In this document: in pieces, positions 52,270-60,316 of the stretch
Layout of the letters: the number at the start of each line of letters is the position of its first letter
Position numbering within the stretch: position 1 is the first letter of the stretch
The notes under the pieces: generated by a model
What the model saw: the letters and a program-made list of their open reading frames with translations, nothing else
Database searches by the model: none
What the model was told of the DNA's origin: nothing
Translations under genes and position numbers: made by a program
Assembly: GCA_035480235.1 (NCBI GenBank)
Contig: DATIHX010000005.1
Span: 551 to 64,550, forward strand
DNA: 64,000 nucleotides
Direction: 5' to 3'
Origin: Candidatus Saccharimonadales bacterium
GTDB lineage: Bacteria > Patescibacteriota > UBA1384 > 2-12-FULL-50-11

Positions 52270-53103
52270 TCAAATTTTTCGCCGCTTTTTCAGGATTTCC
52301 ACATTTTTCAAATCGGGACCCTGGTCGTCGAAGCCGGGCACCTCTAAATAGCCGGCGGTTTTTTCCCAGCGTGGATCGTTCATTAAAAGCTCGAAGACCT
52401 TCGTCCCCAGCTTCCCTTCGCCGATGTTTTCGTGGCGATCGCGTTTTTCGCCGACGCCGAATTTCGAGTCGTTTAAGTGCCAAGCGACGACGTTTTTGAG
52501 GCCGACTGCCACGTCGACTTGCTTCATATAGTCTTCGTAACCGCCTTCATCTTGAATTGGGTAACCGGCGGCAAAAGCGTGGCAAGTGTCAAGGCAGAAG
52601 CCAATCCGGCTTTTGTCTTTGGTGACATCGGCTAAAAATGTTAAATCTTCCAACGTGCCGCCGATCGTCGAACCGGCGGAGTTTTCAAAAATCAGCTTGG
52701 CTTCTTTTGGTGTGTTATCCAGGATGTTATTGATGGTGTCGGCAATTTGTTTTTTGTTAACTTCGATGCCGCCGTTATAGGTGCCAGGGTGAAAAATAGT
52801 GTGGACGACACCGATTTTCGGTGCTAGTTGGAGCGTTTCAATTAAAGCGGTTTTGGTTTTCTCTAAATTTTCAGCCGAAGCGCCAGCCAAATTGGTTAAA
52901 TAAATACCGTGAAAAACTACCTCTTTGAATTCTTTCGGCCAGGTTTCTAGGAAACTAGCGCAGGCTTCGTCCGACCAACCCCGGATTTTCCACTGCAACG
53001 GCGCCGACGGGAAAATTGCCAACGCCTCCGCACCAATCTCCCGGCCCTTTTTCAAAGCTGTGTCGAGGCCACCAGCGGTGGGGACGTGAGCGCCAATTAG
53101 CAT
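52270..53103 (-). CDS. nfo: endonuclease IV (AP endonuclease)
   Basis: ORF track 52270..53106 (TTG); ATG 53101-53103 overlaps the sodA stop (TGATG); LIGAHV..., DTCHAFAAGY, WHLNDSK motifs. Confidence 0.9.
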   Translation of the reverse strand: MLIGAHVPTAGGLDTALKKGREIGAEALAIFPSAPLQWKIRGWSDEACASFLETWPKEFKEVVFHGIYLTNLAGASAENLEKTKTALIETLQLAPKIGVVHTIFHPGTYNGGIEVNKKQIADTINNILDNTPKEAKLIFENSAGSTIGGTLEDLTFLADVTKDKSRIGFCLDTCHAFAAGYPIQDEGGYEDYMKQVDVAVGLKNVVAWHLNDSKFGVGEKRDRHENIGEGKLGTKVFELLMNDPRWEKTAGYLEVPGFDDQGPDLKNVEILKKRRKI

Positions 53104-53690
53104 CAATTAAACTCGTGGTTAACGAAGCTCTTTTCGATTACTCCCCAATCGAGATTATTGAAGAATGCCTCAATATAATCGGCGCGCCTGGTTTGAAAAT
53201 CTAAATAATAAGCATGTTCGTAGACATCGAGAGCCACTACGGGGGTAGCGTTCCAAATCGGGAAAGTGTTCTGAGCATCGCCAATGTAGTTCATCAACTT
53301 TTTCAGATCCCAATCATACGCCAGCCAGGCCCAGCCGCGAGCCGCCAGCGCTGTCGCTTTTATATCTGCCTGCCACTTTTCAAAGGAGCCAAAATCTTTG
53401 GCAATTTGCTCAAGCAGTTTGCCCGAAGGTTGACCGCCTTCACCGCCGAGATGGCCAAAATAAATTTCATGGTTTTTAACACCGCCAAGGGCGAAGCTTA
53501 AATCAACTTTCAGCGACCGAATATCGCTAAAGGCCTGATTAGCCGAAGCCAAATCGACCGTCGCCAACTTTCCCATAATTTCGTTAGTTTTCTTAACGTA
53601 ACCCTCGTAGAGCTTGTAGTGCTCCGTCATCGTTTGAACGCTAATGCCGTTCAATTCTTTGATGCTATCGAATTTTTTGGCCTCAATCAT
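53103..53690 (-). CDS. sodA: Fe/Mn superoxide dismutase
   Basis: ORF track 53103..53702 (TTG); ATG 53688-53690 after GGGGGTG SD; DVYEHAYY motif. Confidence 0.9.
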   Translation of the reverse strand: MIEAKKFDSIKELNGISVQTMTEHYKLYEGYVKKTNEIMGKLATVDLASANQAFSDIRSLKVDLSFALGGVKNHEIYFGHLGGEGGQPSGKLLEQIAKDFGSFEKWQADIKATALAARGWAWLAYDWDLKKLMNYIGDAQNTFPIWNATPVVALDVYEHAYYLDFQTRRADYIEAFFNNLDWGVIEKSFVNHEFN

Positions 53691-53707
53691 TTTCACCCCC
53701 AAATCTC

Positions 53708-53736
53708 TTGACTTTTGATACTATATATGGTAGAGT
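53708..53736 (+). promoter_or_regulatory. promoter-like TTGACT-17-TAGAGT
   Basis: Upstream of the 47-codon ORF. Confidence 0.55.
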
Positions 53737-53765
53737 TTGCGTATCAAAGCGCAAGGGGCGCTTGA

Positions 53766-53909
53766 ATGAAAATGAAAATTACCAAGAATATTCAAATCGC
53801 CTGGCAGAACGGCCGGATCGGTGTTGCTCTAATGGTTATTGGCATCATCGCGGCCATCGCCCCCTCACCGGGTTTCCGGATGGGGGGGCAGAAGCGGTCG
53901 CCAAGATGA
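53766..53909 (+). CDS. putative 47-aa single-TM peptide
   Basis: Own translation: MKMKITKNIQIAWQNGRIGVALMVIGIIAAIAPSPGFRMGGQKRSPR; promoter TTGACT-17-TAGAGT 53708-53736, AAGGGG SD 7 nt upstream, hairpin 53931-53953 downstream. Confidence 0.4.
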   Translation: MKMKITKNIQIAWQNGRIGVALMVIGIIAAIAPSPGFRMGGQKRSPR

Positions 53910-53930
53910 TTCGTTAGCCACGCCAACAAT

Positions 53931-53953
53931 GCCCCGGTGTAATCCGGGGCTTT
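53931..53953 (+). terminator. hairpin after the 47-codon ORF
   Basis: gccccgg tgtaat ccggggc + tttc (short T tract). Confidence 0.45.
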
Positions 53954-53957
53954 CGCC

Positions 53958-53986
53958 TTGAAAAAGTGATAATTTGGAACTATACT
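53958..53986 (+). promoter_or_regulatory. promoter-like TTGAAA-17-TATACT
   Basis: Upstream of the RuvC-like gene. Confidence 0.6.
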
Positions 53987-54007
53987 TCGACTGTTAAGGA
54001 GGGAAGT

Positions 54008-54550
54008 ATGCACCTTTCAATTGCTATTGATCCTGGCACCGTGTTCCAAGGCGTAGCTTATCGTCGTAACAATGAGATGCGTGTCAACTACGGCTCAATC
54101 GTTCTGCCAAGCGCTCAATATGCCGATCTTGAGTTATTTAAGGAGCGGATCGATTCAGAGAAATTTGGCCGAGAGTTAATCTGGCAGCTGCCAGACTGTA
54201 CCAGCGTTACCGTTTTCATCGAAAGACCTGATCGTCGACTCGCCCTAAACGATAGGCGGACAGGTGGAAACCAACAAGACTATCGGGATCTGAAAAGCGT
54301 TATAAGTTGTTGGAAGCAGTTATTTCTGTCTTATCTGATGGAAGCTTCTGTGATTGAAGTTGATTCGCTGAAGTGGCAAAAACGGCTGCTTGGCAGAGAT
54401 TGGAGCGGCAAAGACAGCGCCAAGCGTTTGTCGCTGCATTACGCTCGTCAGCGGGTTCCAACACTGTCACCCAATTCCTCTGATCACATTACAGACGCCG
54501 TATGTTTGTTAATTTACGCTGAAGGAATCTGTCGCTCTAACTCGCCTTAA
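54008..54550 (+). CDS. RuvC-like (RNase H fold) nuclease, divergent
   Basis: ORF track 53966..54550; ATG 54008 after TAAGGAGGG; IAIDPGT (Asp), VFIERP (Glu), VIEVDSLKWQKRLLG and SSDHITDAVCLLIYA align by eye with the RuvC catalytic motifs. Confidence 0.6.
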   Translation: MHLSIAIDPGTVFQGVAYRRNNEMRVNYGSIVLPSAQYADLELFKERIDSEKFGRELIWQLPDCTSVTVFIERPDRRLALNDRRTGGNQQDYRDLKSVISCWKQLFLSYLMEASVIEVDSLKWQKRLLGRDWSGKDSAKRLSLHYARQRVPTLSPNSSDHITDAVCLLIYAEGICRSNSP

Positions 54551-54564
54551 CTGGCGAGTTTTTT
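54541..54564 (+). terminator. intrinsic terminator shared by convergent genes
   Basis: ctcgcc ttaact ggcgag + T6; both stop codons lie in the loop. Confidence 0.7.
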
Positions 54565-55683
54565 AATAATCGCCGAAGCGACGCGCTGAATATCCTGTTT
54601 CTTTGTTTGGCGACCAAATGAGACTCGGATCGTTGCGGAAATTTGTTCGTTGGTTAGGCCGATTGCTGTAAGTACATGGGAATCGCCAAGCGATTTGGAG
54701 CTGCAAGCGCTGCCGGCGGAAACGGCGATCCCCTGTTGGTCGAGCTCCTTGACTAAGTCACGGTTTTTGATGCCAGGTAACGTTACCGAAAGATGATTCG
54801 GCAGCCGGTTAGTTTTTTTGGCGTTAATAAGTACGCCGGGTAGTTTTTCCAGTTCCGCTTGCAGCCAATCACGCAATTGGCCGATTTTTTTGCTATCCAA
54901 ATCGCGGTTTTTTTCGATAATTTTGGCGGCCTCGGCCAGGCCGACGATACCCGGCACATTTTCGGTGCCGCTGCGTAAACTTTGTTCTTGACCGCCGCCG
55001 TACACCAATGGAAAAATCGAAACCCCTTGGCGAACGTACAATAAGGCCACACCGCGCGGACCGTACATTTTAGTACCATTGATCGTTAGTAGGTCCGCAC
55101 CCAATTCCTGTATATCAAGTTTGATATACGACGAAGCTTGGCAGGCATCGACGTGAATAAGAGTATTCGCGTTTTTGGCTTTAACGGCTTTGGCGATATC
55201 GGCAATATTTTGGACAACACCGATTTCCGAGTTAGCTAAGTGGGTGGTAACTAAAATAGTCTCTTTGGTGACGGCTTCGGCAATTGCTGTAGCCGCCACA
55301 ACACCATTTTTATCAGGCGAAACATATGATATTTGCCAACCATCTTTTTCCAGCGCCCGGCAAGCGTTAAGAATGCTCGGATGCTCGATTGTCGTTGTGA
55401 CGATATGTTTGCCGCGGCTTTTGTTGGCCTTAGCGACACCTAATATCGCCAAGTTATTACTTTCGGTGCCGGAAGATGTGAAATAAATTTCATCGGTTTT
55501 GGCGTTCAAAAATTTTGCCAGCTCCTCACGGGCGGCGTTCAGTTCAATCCAGGCGGCGTGGCCGAAGCCGTGAGCGCTGGACGGATTACCAATTAGGGCG
55601 TCAGAAATTGCCCGAACTCGGTCGGTTACTTTCGGGTCAATTGGAGTTGAGGCGGCGTAATCGGCGTAAATTTTGGGGGTCAT
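54547..55683 (-). CDS. cysteine desulfurase (NifS/IscS class V aminotransferase)
   Basis: ORF track 378 aa; PLP-lysine region INGTKMYGPRG and C-terminal SAGSACSS active-site Cys loop. Confidence 0.88.
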   Translation of the reverse strand: MTPKIYADYAASTPIDPKVTDRVRAISDALIGNPSSAHGFGHAAWIELNAAREELAKFLNAKTDEIYFTSSGTESNNLAILGVAKANKSRGKHIVTTTIEHPSILNACRALEKDGWQISYVSPDKNGVVAATAIAEAVTKETILVTTHLANSEIGVVQNIADIAKAVKAKNANTLIHVDACQASSYIKLDIQELGADLLTINGTKMYGPRGVALLYVRQGVSIFPLVYGGGQEQSLRSGTENVPGIVGLAEAAKIIEKNRDLDSKKIGQLRDWLQAELEKLPGVLINAKKTNRLPNHLSVTLPGIKNRDLVKELDQQGIAVSAGSACSSKSLGDSHVLTAIGLTNEQISATIRVSFGRQTKKQDIQRVASAIIKKLAS

Positions 55684-55827
55684 TAGTGTGAATACTACCT
55701 CTTTCGCCCTTAAAAGTTAAGGCCCAGGGGTGGAATTATTAGTGATAATATAGTAAAATTTTGCGGTACCTTAACCTAAAGAAACCAGTGCCTTTAACGT
55801 TGTTTGGAGGGCTTGGAAGGATAAAGA

Positions 55828-56631
55828 ATGTTTGAACTATTAGCTATCGGCAGCGTCGTAGTAATGGGACTGATCGCTACGACGATGAGTAAAATTGGCA
55901 GTCAAAAAAAGCGCATCAGTGCGCTGGAATCTGAGAAGCGAAGGCAAGAAGAACTAGCAGCTAGTCTCTACGGGATTACTGGAGGGGTTTGGATTCGTCG
56001 ACCGGATGGCAACGCCCACCCAATCCAGAACTTGCTTGAACAAGAGCTAAGTGCGAGAGGCATGGCTCTATTCAACCTCCGAAGAGAACCCGCCGAAAAT
56101 CTAATCAAAAATGGTGAATGGGATTCTATGATTGCTGTAAAGCATCTAGATGTCGCTATTTTGGGGAAACTTATCACTCACCAAATAACCACCGACCGGG
56201 TTCACTATATTTCGGTCCAACATGTTCACACTAAGACCGGCGTTCGATTTCATGAGCTGGGTAAGAATCATTCAGACTATAGAATGCCTAACAGCATTTG
56301 GCTGGATGACTATGAGGCGGCTTCGCTGGATCCAGACGACGAAGAAGAGAATCTCTACTATTTCGAGCACGACGAGCATTTTGCTCTCAGGAAAGAGAAA
56401 GAAAAGATTGTTGAACCGATCTCAACTGAACAATATACAGTTGATGTTAGGTTCTACGGTTCAGATGGTTCTGTTCGAGGCGGCTACATCGGCACAAAAA
56501 TCAAAGACATAGATAGCGAACCCACCCAAACCCTCACCGCGGAACTAGTCACAGCAGTGTCAAAAAGCGTCAAAAGATCGCTTTTAGCTCACGAAAATTC
56601 CACATCTCGCTTTGAGCTTGACGGAAAGTAA
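55828..56631 (+). CDS. hypothetical membrane-anchored protein (orphan)
   Basis: ORF track 267 aa; N-terminal TM LLAIGSVVVMGLIATTM then coiled-coil-like segment; terminator 56650-56674. Confidence 0.55.
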   Translation: MFELLAIGSVVVMGLIATTMSKIGSQKKRISALESEKRRQEELAASLYGITGGVWIRRPDGNAHPIQNLLEQELSARGMALFNLRREPAENLIKNGEWDSMIAVKHLDVAILGKLITHQITTDRVHYISVQHVHTKTGVRFHELGKNHSDYRMPNSIWLDDYEAASLDPDDEEENLYYFEHDEHFALRKEKEKIVEPISTEQYTVDVRFYGSDGSVRGGYIGTKIKDIDSEPTQTLTAELVTAVSKSVKRSLLAHENSTSRFELDGK

Positions 56632-56649
56632 GACAGTTATCACCCACTT

Positions 56650-56674
56650 GCTCGGCTTAAACCGAGCTTTTTTT
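56650..56674 (+). terminator. intrinsic terminator
   Basis: gctcgg cttaaa ccgagc + T7. Confidence 0.75.
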
Positions 56675-56681
56675 AAAAATT

Positions 56682-57356
56682 TTATTCGGCGGTTAAAACA
56701 GTGACGGCAATCTTATCTTTCAGTAAATCGCGAAAACGGTGAGCGTCCATGACGCTGCCCAGGAGTTTGCCAAAATGCATCGGGATCGCAAGTTTCGGTT
56801 GAATTAATTCAGCGGCTTGAACCGCTTCTTCAACCGTCATCACGTAGGTGCCGGAGATCGGCAGAAGGGCGACGTCAATTTTCTTTAAGGTTTCCATTTC
56901 GGGCGTCACATCGGTGTCGCCAGCGTGATAAATGCGGGTCGAGCCAACCTCAACAATGAAACCAACACCACCGAGCTCTTTCGGGTGAAAAACTTCGGTT
57001 GGCGTGCGGAATTTATTGACGTTATACGCCGGAATCGCCCAATAAGTTATTTTTTCAAGTTTCACCTTGTCGGTGCCGTCGTAAAAAGCAACTTTATCGC
57101 CGAATTCGGCGAGTTCATTTTGGAAGGCGTTCGAAGCCACTATGACGGTTTTTTCGTGCGATAGTTTGCGAATGCTGTCGGGGTCGCAGTGGTCAAAATG
57201 GCCGTGCGAAACAAAAATATAATCGGCTTTTTTGTCGATGGGAGCGATTTGAAACGGGTCAAAAGCAAGTGTTAAATTCTCGTTTGGAAATTCAACCAAA
57301 AACCCATCATGGCCCAGGGCAGTGATAATTGCGCCTTCAAAAGTTGTTTGTTGCAT
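56682..57356 (-). CDS. metallo-beta-lactamase-fold hydrolase
   Basis: ORF track 224 aa; SHGHFDHCD metal-binding motif. Confidence 0.8.
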   Translation of the reverse strand: MQQTTFEGAIITALGHDGFLVEFPNENLTLAFDPFQIAPIDKKADYIFVSHGHFDHCDPDSIRKLSHEKTVIVASNAFQNELAEFGDKVAFYDGTDKVKLEKITYWAIPAYNVNKFRTPTEVFHPKELGGVGFIVEVGSTRIYHAGDTDVTPEMETLKKIDVALLPISGTYVMTVEEAVQAAELIQPKLAIPMHFGKLLGSVMDAHRFRDLLKDKIAVTVLTAE

Positions 57357-57429
57357 ACAGTCACTAAAACAAAATATTCATCACCCCACAACCGGCTAAT
57401 AATTCAGGGGCTTGAAATTTCTTAATTCC

Positions 57430-57451
57430 CGTATACGTTATAACGTATACG
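57430..57451. promoter_or_regulatory. 22-bp perfect palindrome CGTATACGTTATAACGTATACG abutting the HTH gene start
   Basis: Read directly; self-complementary; 20-bp core repeated at 57786-57805. Confidence 0.8.
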
Positions 57452-57772
57452 ATGCGTTTAGAACGTGAATATACTTACGAGGGCGGCCCAACGCTTTATA
57501 AAAAGCGTAAAAAGTTGAAGAGTATTCGTTGGGTTAAGGGCAACGAGCTTGATAAAATAACGATTTCAGAAAAATGGTACTTGGAGCTATGTCATGAGTT
57601 TCGTAACGCACGCTTGGCTAAGCGCTTAACACAAAAAGAGCTAGCCCACGATTTACTAACAACTCAGGCATGGATTTCAGATTTAGAAAACGGCAAGCAT
57701 AATCTAACTATCGGTTCGCTGTTGGGAGTTGCTTCACATTTAAGAATCAAACTAACAATCCTCGCAAAGTAG
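57452..57772 (+). CDS. XRE-family helix-turn-helix protein
   Basis: ORF track 106 aa; C-terminal LTQKELAHDLLTTQAWISDLENGKHNLTIGSLLGVA is a Cro/C1-type HTH; no SD; flanked by identical palindromes. Confidence 0.7.
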   Translation: MRLEREYTYEGGPTLYKKRKKLKSIRWVKGNELDKITISEKWYLELCHEFRNARLAKRLTQKELAHDLLTTQAWISDLENGKHNLTIGSLLGVASHLRIKLTILAK

Positions 57773-57781
57773 TGCAACTAA

Positions 57782-57809
57782 CACTGTATACGTTATAACG
57801 TATACAGTG
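57782..57809. promoter_or_regulatory. 28-bp perfect palindrome CACTGTATACGTTATAACGTATACAGTG just after the HTH gene stop
   Basis: Read directly; same 20-bp core GTATACGTTATAACGTATAC. Confidence 0.8.
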
Positions 57810-57853
57810 CACTAGGTTGATATTGACAATCACTTTCTATAAAGAAAGCGAGA

Positions 57854-58849
57854 TTAACGGCCGACGAGGAGCGCCAGTTCGACGAGGCGGCAAGAGTAGC
57901 CGTATTCGTTATCGTACCAAGCGACAACTTTGACGAGATCGCCGTCAACAACTTTGGTCAGTTTTAGATCAACAATCGCTGAGGCCGGATTGCCTTTGAA
58001 ATCCGAGGAAACAAGCTCTTCGTTGGTTACTTCCAAAATGCCTTTGTAGCGCGGGTTCTTGGCGGCTTCGGTCAGCACTTCGTTAACTTCCTCAACGGTC
58101 GTTTTTTTCTTAGTGACGAAAGTGAAATCGGAGAGTGAGACGACCGGCGTCGGAACACGAATGGATAAGCCGTCGAACAAACCTTTGAGCTCGGGGATGA
58201 CTTCGCCAGCCGAAATAGCTGCACCGGTGGTGGTAGGCACGATGTTTTCAGCGGCACCGCGAGCCCGGCGCAGATCTTTGTGCGGCCCGTCCTGGAGGTT
58301 TTGGTCAGCAGTATAGCTGTGAATCGTGGTCATCATCGCTTTTTGAACGCCGAAATGGGCAGTGATCACGGCGGCGACGGGCGTAATGCAGTTGGTGGTG
58401 CAGGAGGCGTTACTAATAACATCGCCCTCACCAATTTTATCTTCGTTGACGCTTAAAACGTGGGTCGGTACCTCGCCGCCTTTGGGCGGAGCGGAGATTA
58501 TTACATGTCGAGCACCGGCCGTAATATGGCCGCTAGCGCCGGCTTTATCGGTGAAGTGGCCGGTGCACTCCAGTACCACGTCCACGTTATGTTCGTGCCA
58601 CGGTAATTTGGTCGGGTCTTTTTCGGAGTAAACTTTAACCCTCTGGCCGGCAATTATTAAGTCGTCACCATCGGCCTTCACTTCCAGCCCGAACGTGCCG
58701 TAATTACTGTCGTGCTTTAATAAATGGGCCAGGGTTTTGACGTCAGTCAGGTCGTTAATCGCTACCAATTTAGCGTCTTTGTGGCGCTCAAAAATAATCC
58801 GGGCGCTGGTTCGGCCGATTCGGCCGAAGCCGTTAATTGCGATGTTCAT
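57854..58849 (-). CDS. gap: glyceraldehyde-3-phosphate dehydrogenase
   Basis: ORF track 57854..58945; conserved start MNIAINGFGRIGR at ATG 58847-58849; SNASCTTNC active site. Confidence 0.95.
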   Translation of the reverse strand: MNIAINGFGRIGRTSARIIFERHKDAKLVAINDLTDVKTLAHLLKHDSNYGTFGLEVKADGDDLIIAGQRVKVYSEKDPTKLPWHEHNVDVVLECTGHFTDKAGASGHITAGARHVIISAPPKGGEVPTHVLSVNEDKIGEGDVISNASCTTNCITPVAAVITAHFGVQKAMMTTIHSYTADQNLQDGPHKDLRRARGAAENIVPTTTGAAISAGEVIPELKGLFDGLSIRVPTPVVSLSDFTFVTKKKTTVEEVNEVLTEAAKNPRYKGILEVTNEELVSSDFKGNPASAIVDLKLTKVVDGDLVKVVAWYDNEYGYSCRLVELALLVGR

Positions 58850-58856
58850 TGTTACT

Positions 58857-58885
58857 AACATAACTTTTGTTATTATTTTGAGCAA
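58857..58885 (-). promoter_or_regulatory. promoter-like TTGCTC-17-TATGTT ending 7 nt before the gap ATG; leaderless candidate
   Basis: No SD before ATG 58847-58849. Confidence 0.5.
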
Positions 58886-58908
58886 GCGTCTAAATACCAA
58901 TATTCGCG

Positions 58909-58937
58909 TTGATTTAATCAAGAAAGCTGTGTATGAT
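58909..58937 (+). promoter_or_regulatory. promoter-like TTGATT-17-TATGAT
   Basis: Upstream of ORF 58979-59395. Confidence 0.6.
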
Positions 58938-58978
58938 TTGTGCATAACTTTGGGTAAGTACCCGAGTTCGGAGGCGGT

Positions 58979-59395
58979 ATGAAGTTTAGGAATTTAACAC
59001 TGGGGAACTACCAGGTGCATTTCGCACCGGGGGCCTACAAAGATAACGACTTTGACATTGTGAAGTCTGACGACCGTGACCCTGAAAAGGCTGTCCCTGT
59101 TGGTCGAGACAACTGCATGTTTCGATACTATAATGTCGTCGAAGGAGAAGTGGAGATCGAAGGGAAGTATGTTCCTTTCCGATCAGAACCGATGAATTAT
59201 TCGGCCTACTACTTCTTCGGCGGCGATGTGATTACTCCAGGAAACCCATATTGGGAAGCAGCTAAAGCCGACAATCGAAGGCTAAGCCTCAAAGAAGGCA
59301 TTCCCCAAAGGATCTGGAAGAGCCCACTCGGGACATATTGGGCGCTTGCGCCTGATGATGTCCTTATGCCGGCCCGCGAAACATTGGCAACATGA
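58979..59395 (+). CDS. hypothetical protein (orphan cassette)
   Basis: ORF track 138 aa; promoter TTGATT-17-TATGAT 58909-58937, GGAGG SD, terminator 59405-59433. Confidence 0.55.
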   Translation: MKFRNLTLGNYQVHFAPGAYKDNDFDIVKSDDRDPEKAVPVGRDNCMFRYYNVVEGEVEIEGKYVPFRSEPMNYSAYYFFGGDVITPGNPYWEAAKADNRRLSLKEGIPQRIWKSPLGTYWALAPDDVLMPARETLAT

Positions 59396-59404
59396 ACTAA
59401 CTAC

Positions 59405-59433
59405 CCCGAGCTAAAAATGCTCGGGATTTTTTT
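59405..59433 (+). terminator. intrinsic terminator
   Basis: cccgagc taaaaat gctcggg a + T7. Confidence 0.75.
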
Positions 59434-60277
59434 ATGCTTTGTTATCCGACCCGAACAGGCGGATTTTTTCGATAACAACCTCTTTTATTTCGCCGATTGT
59501 TGAGCGGAGTTCGTCGCGGGGGTCGTAGAGGTTTTTGTCACCGGCCAAGGTGGCGCGGAGCTCTTTGGTGAAGGCTAAACGCAAATCGGTATCGATATTG
59601 ATTTTGCAAACACCACGGCTAATGGCGTCGCGAATTAAATGATCCGGCGTTGACGAAGCACCGTGCAAAACCAACGGACAGCTGACGGCTTGGTTAATTT
59701 CGCTGAGGAGTTTTAAATCGAACGTTTCGTGCGGCTGGGGCTTACCATGCGAGTTGCCGATCGAGACGGCGAAAGCGTCGCAACTGGTTTCTTTGGCGAA
59801 CGAGGCCGCCCGGGCGGGGTCGGTGAAATGCCAGTGCTTGCCGTCGACGTAGTCCTCTTTGCCGCCGATGATATCTTCTTCCACTTCCACAGTAACACCG
59901 CGGTGGCGGGCGGTTTTAGCGAAGGTTTTCACAAATGGGATCCGCTCACTTTCCGGCATTTTCGAGACGTCGAGCATCACCGAGCTAAAACCAATCTTGA
60001 CAGCGTCTTCAACCAGCGGGAAATTCCGGCCGTGGTCAAAGTGAATCACTACCGGCACCGACGAATTGTCGGCCAGGGTTTTGGCGATGGCGAAAGCGAC
60101 GTCTAGGCCCATGTAGTCGATAGTTTTTTCAGTAATTTGTAAAATAACAGGCGACTTTTCGGCTTCGGCAGCTTCCACTATTCCCAGCGCCGATTCGAGG
60201 GTGGTCATATTAAAACCACCAACGGCATACCTCTCTTCGTCAGCCTTCTTTAAAATGTGTGACAGATTTACGAGCAT
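59432..60277 (-). CDS. fba: class II fructose/ketose-bisphosphate aldolase
   Basis: ORF track 59432..60304 (TTG); ATG 60275-60277 after GGGGAG; YAVGGFN, HFDHG, HGASS motifs. Confidence 0.9.
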   Translation of the reverse strand: MLVNLSHILKKADEERYAVGGFNMTTLESALGIVEAAEAEKSPVILQITEKTIDYMGLDVAFAIAKTLADNSSVPVVIHFDHGRNFPLVEDAVKIGFSSVMLDVSKMPESERIPFVKTFAKTARHRGVTVEVEEDIIGGKEDYVDGKHWHFTDPARAASFAKETSCDAFAVSIGNSHGKPQPHETFDLKLLSEINQAVSCPLVLHGASSTPDHLIRDAISRGVCKINIDTDLRLAFTKELRATLAGDKNLYDPRDELRSTIGEIKEVVIEKIRLFGSDNKA

Positions 60278-60316
60278 TTGTTCTCCCCAAATTTTGTTTG
60301 CCAAAATTTGAAATTC

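Noticed and set aside
52109-52483. 124-aa minus-strand ORF overlapping the 3' end of nfo and its downstream region.
   Set aside because: It is out of frame with the well-supported nfo gene. It is Arg/Lys-rich and low in complexity, and it runs through the terminator hairpin.
53708-53917. 69-aa ORF-track call on the plus strand.
   Set aside because: Its TTG start codon is the -35 hexamer of the promoter-like TTGACT-17-TAGAGT. A different frame (53766-53909) has an ATG with an SD and encodes a plausible TM peptide.
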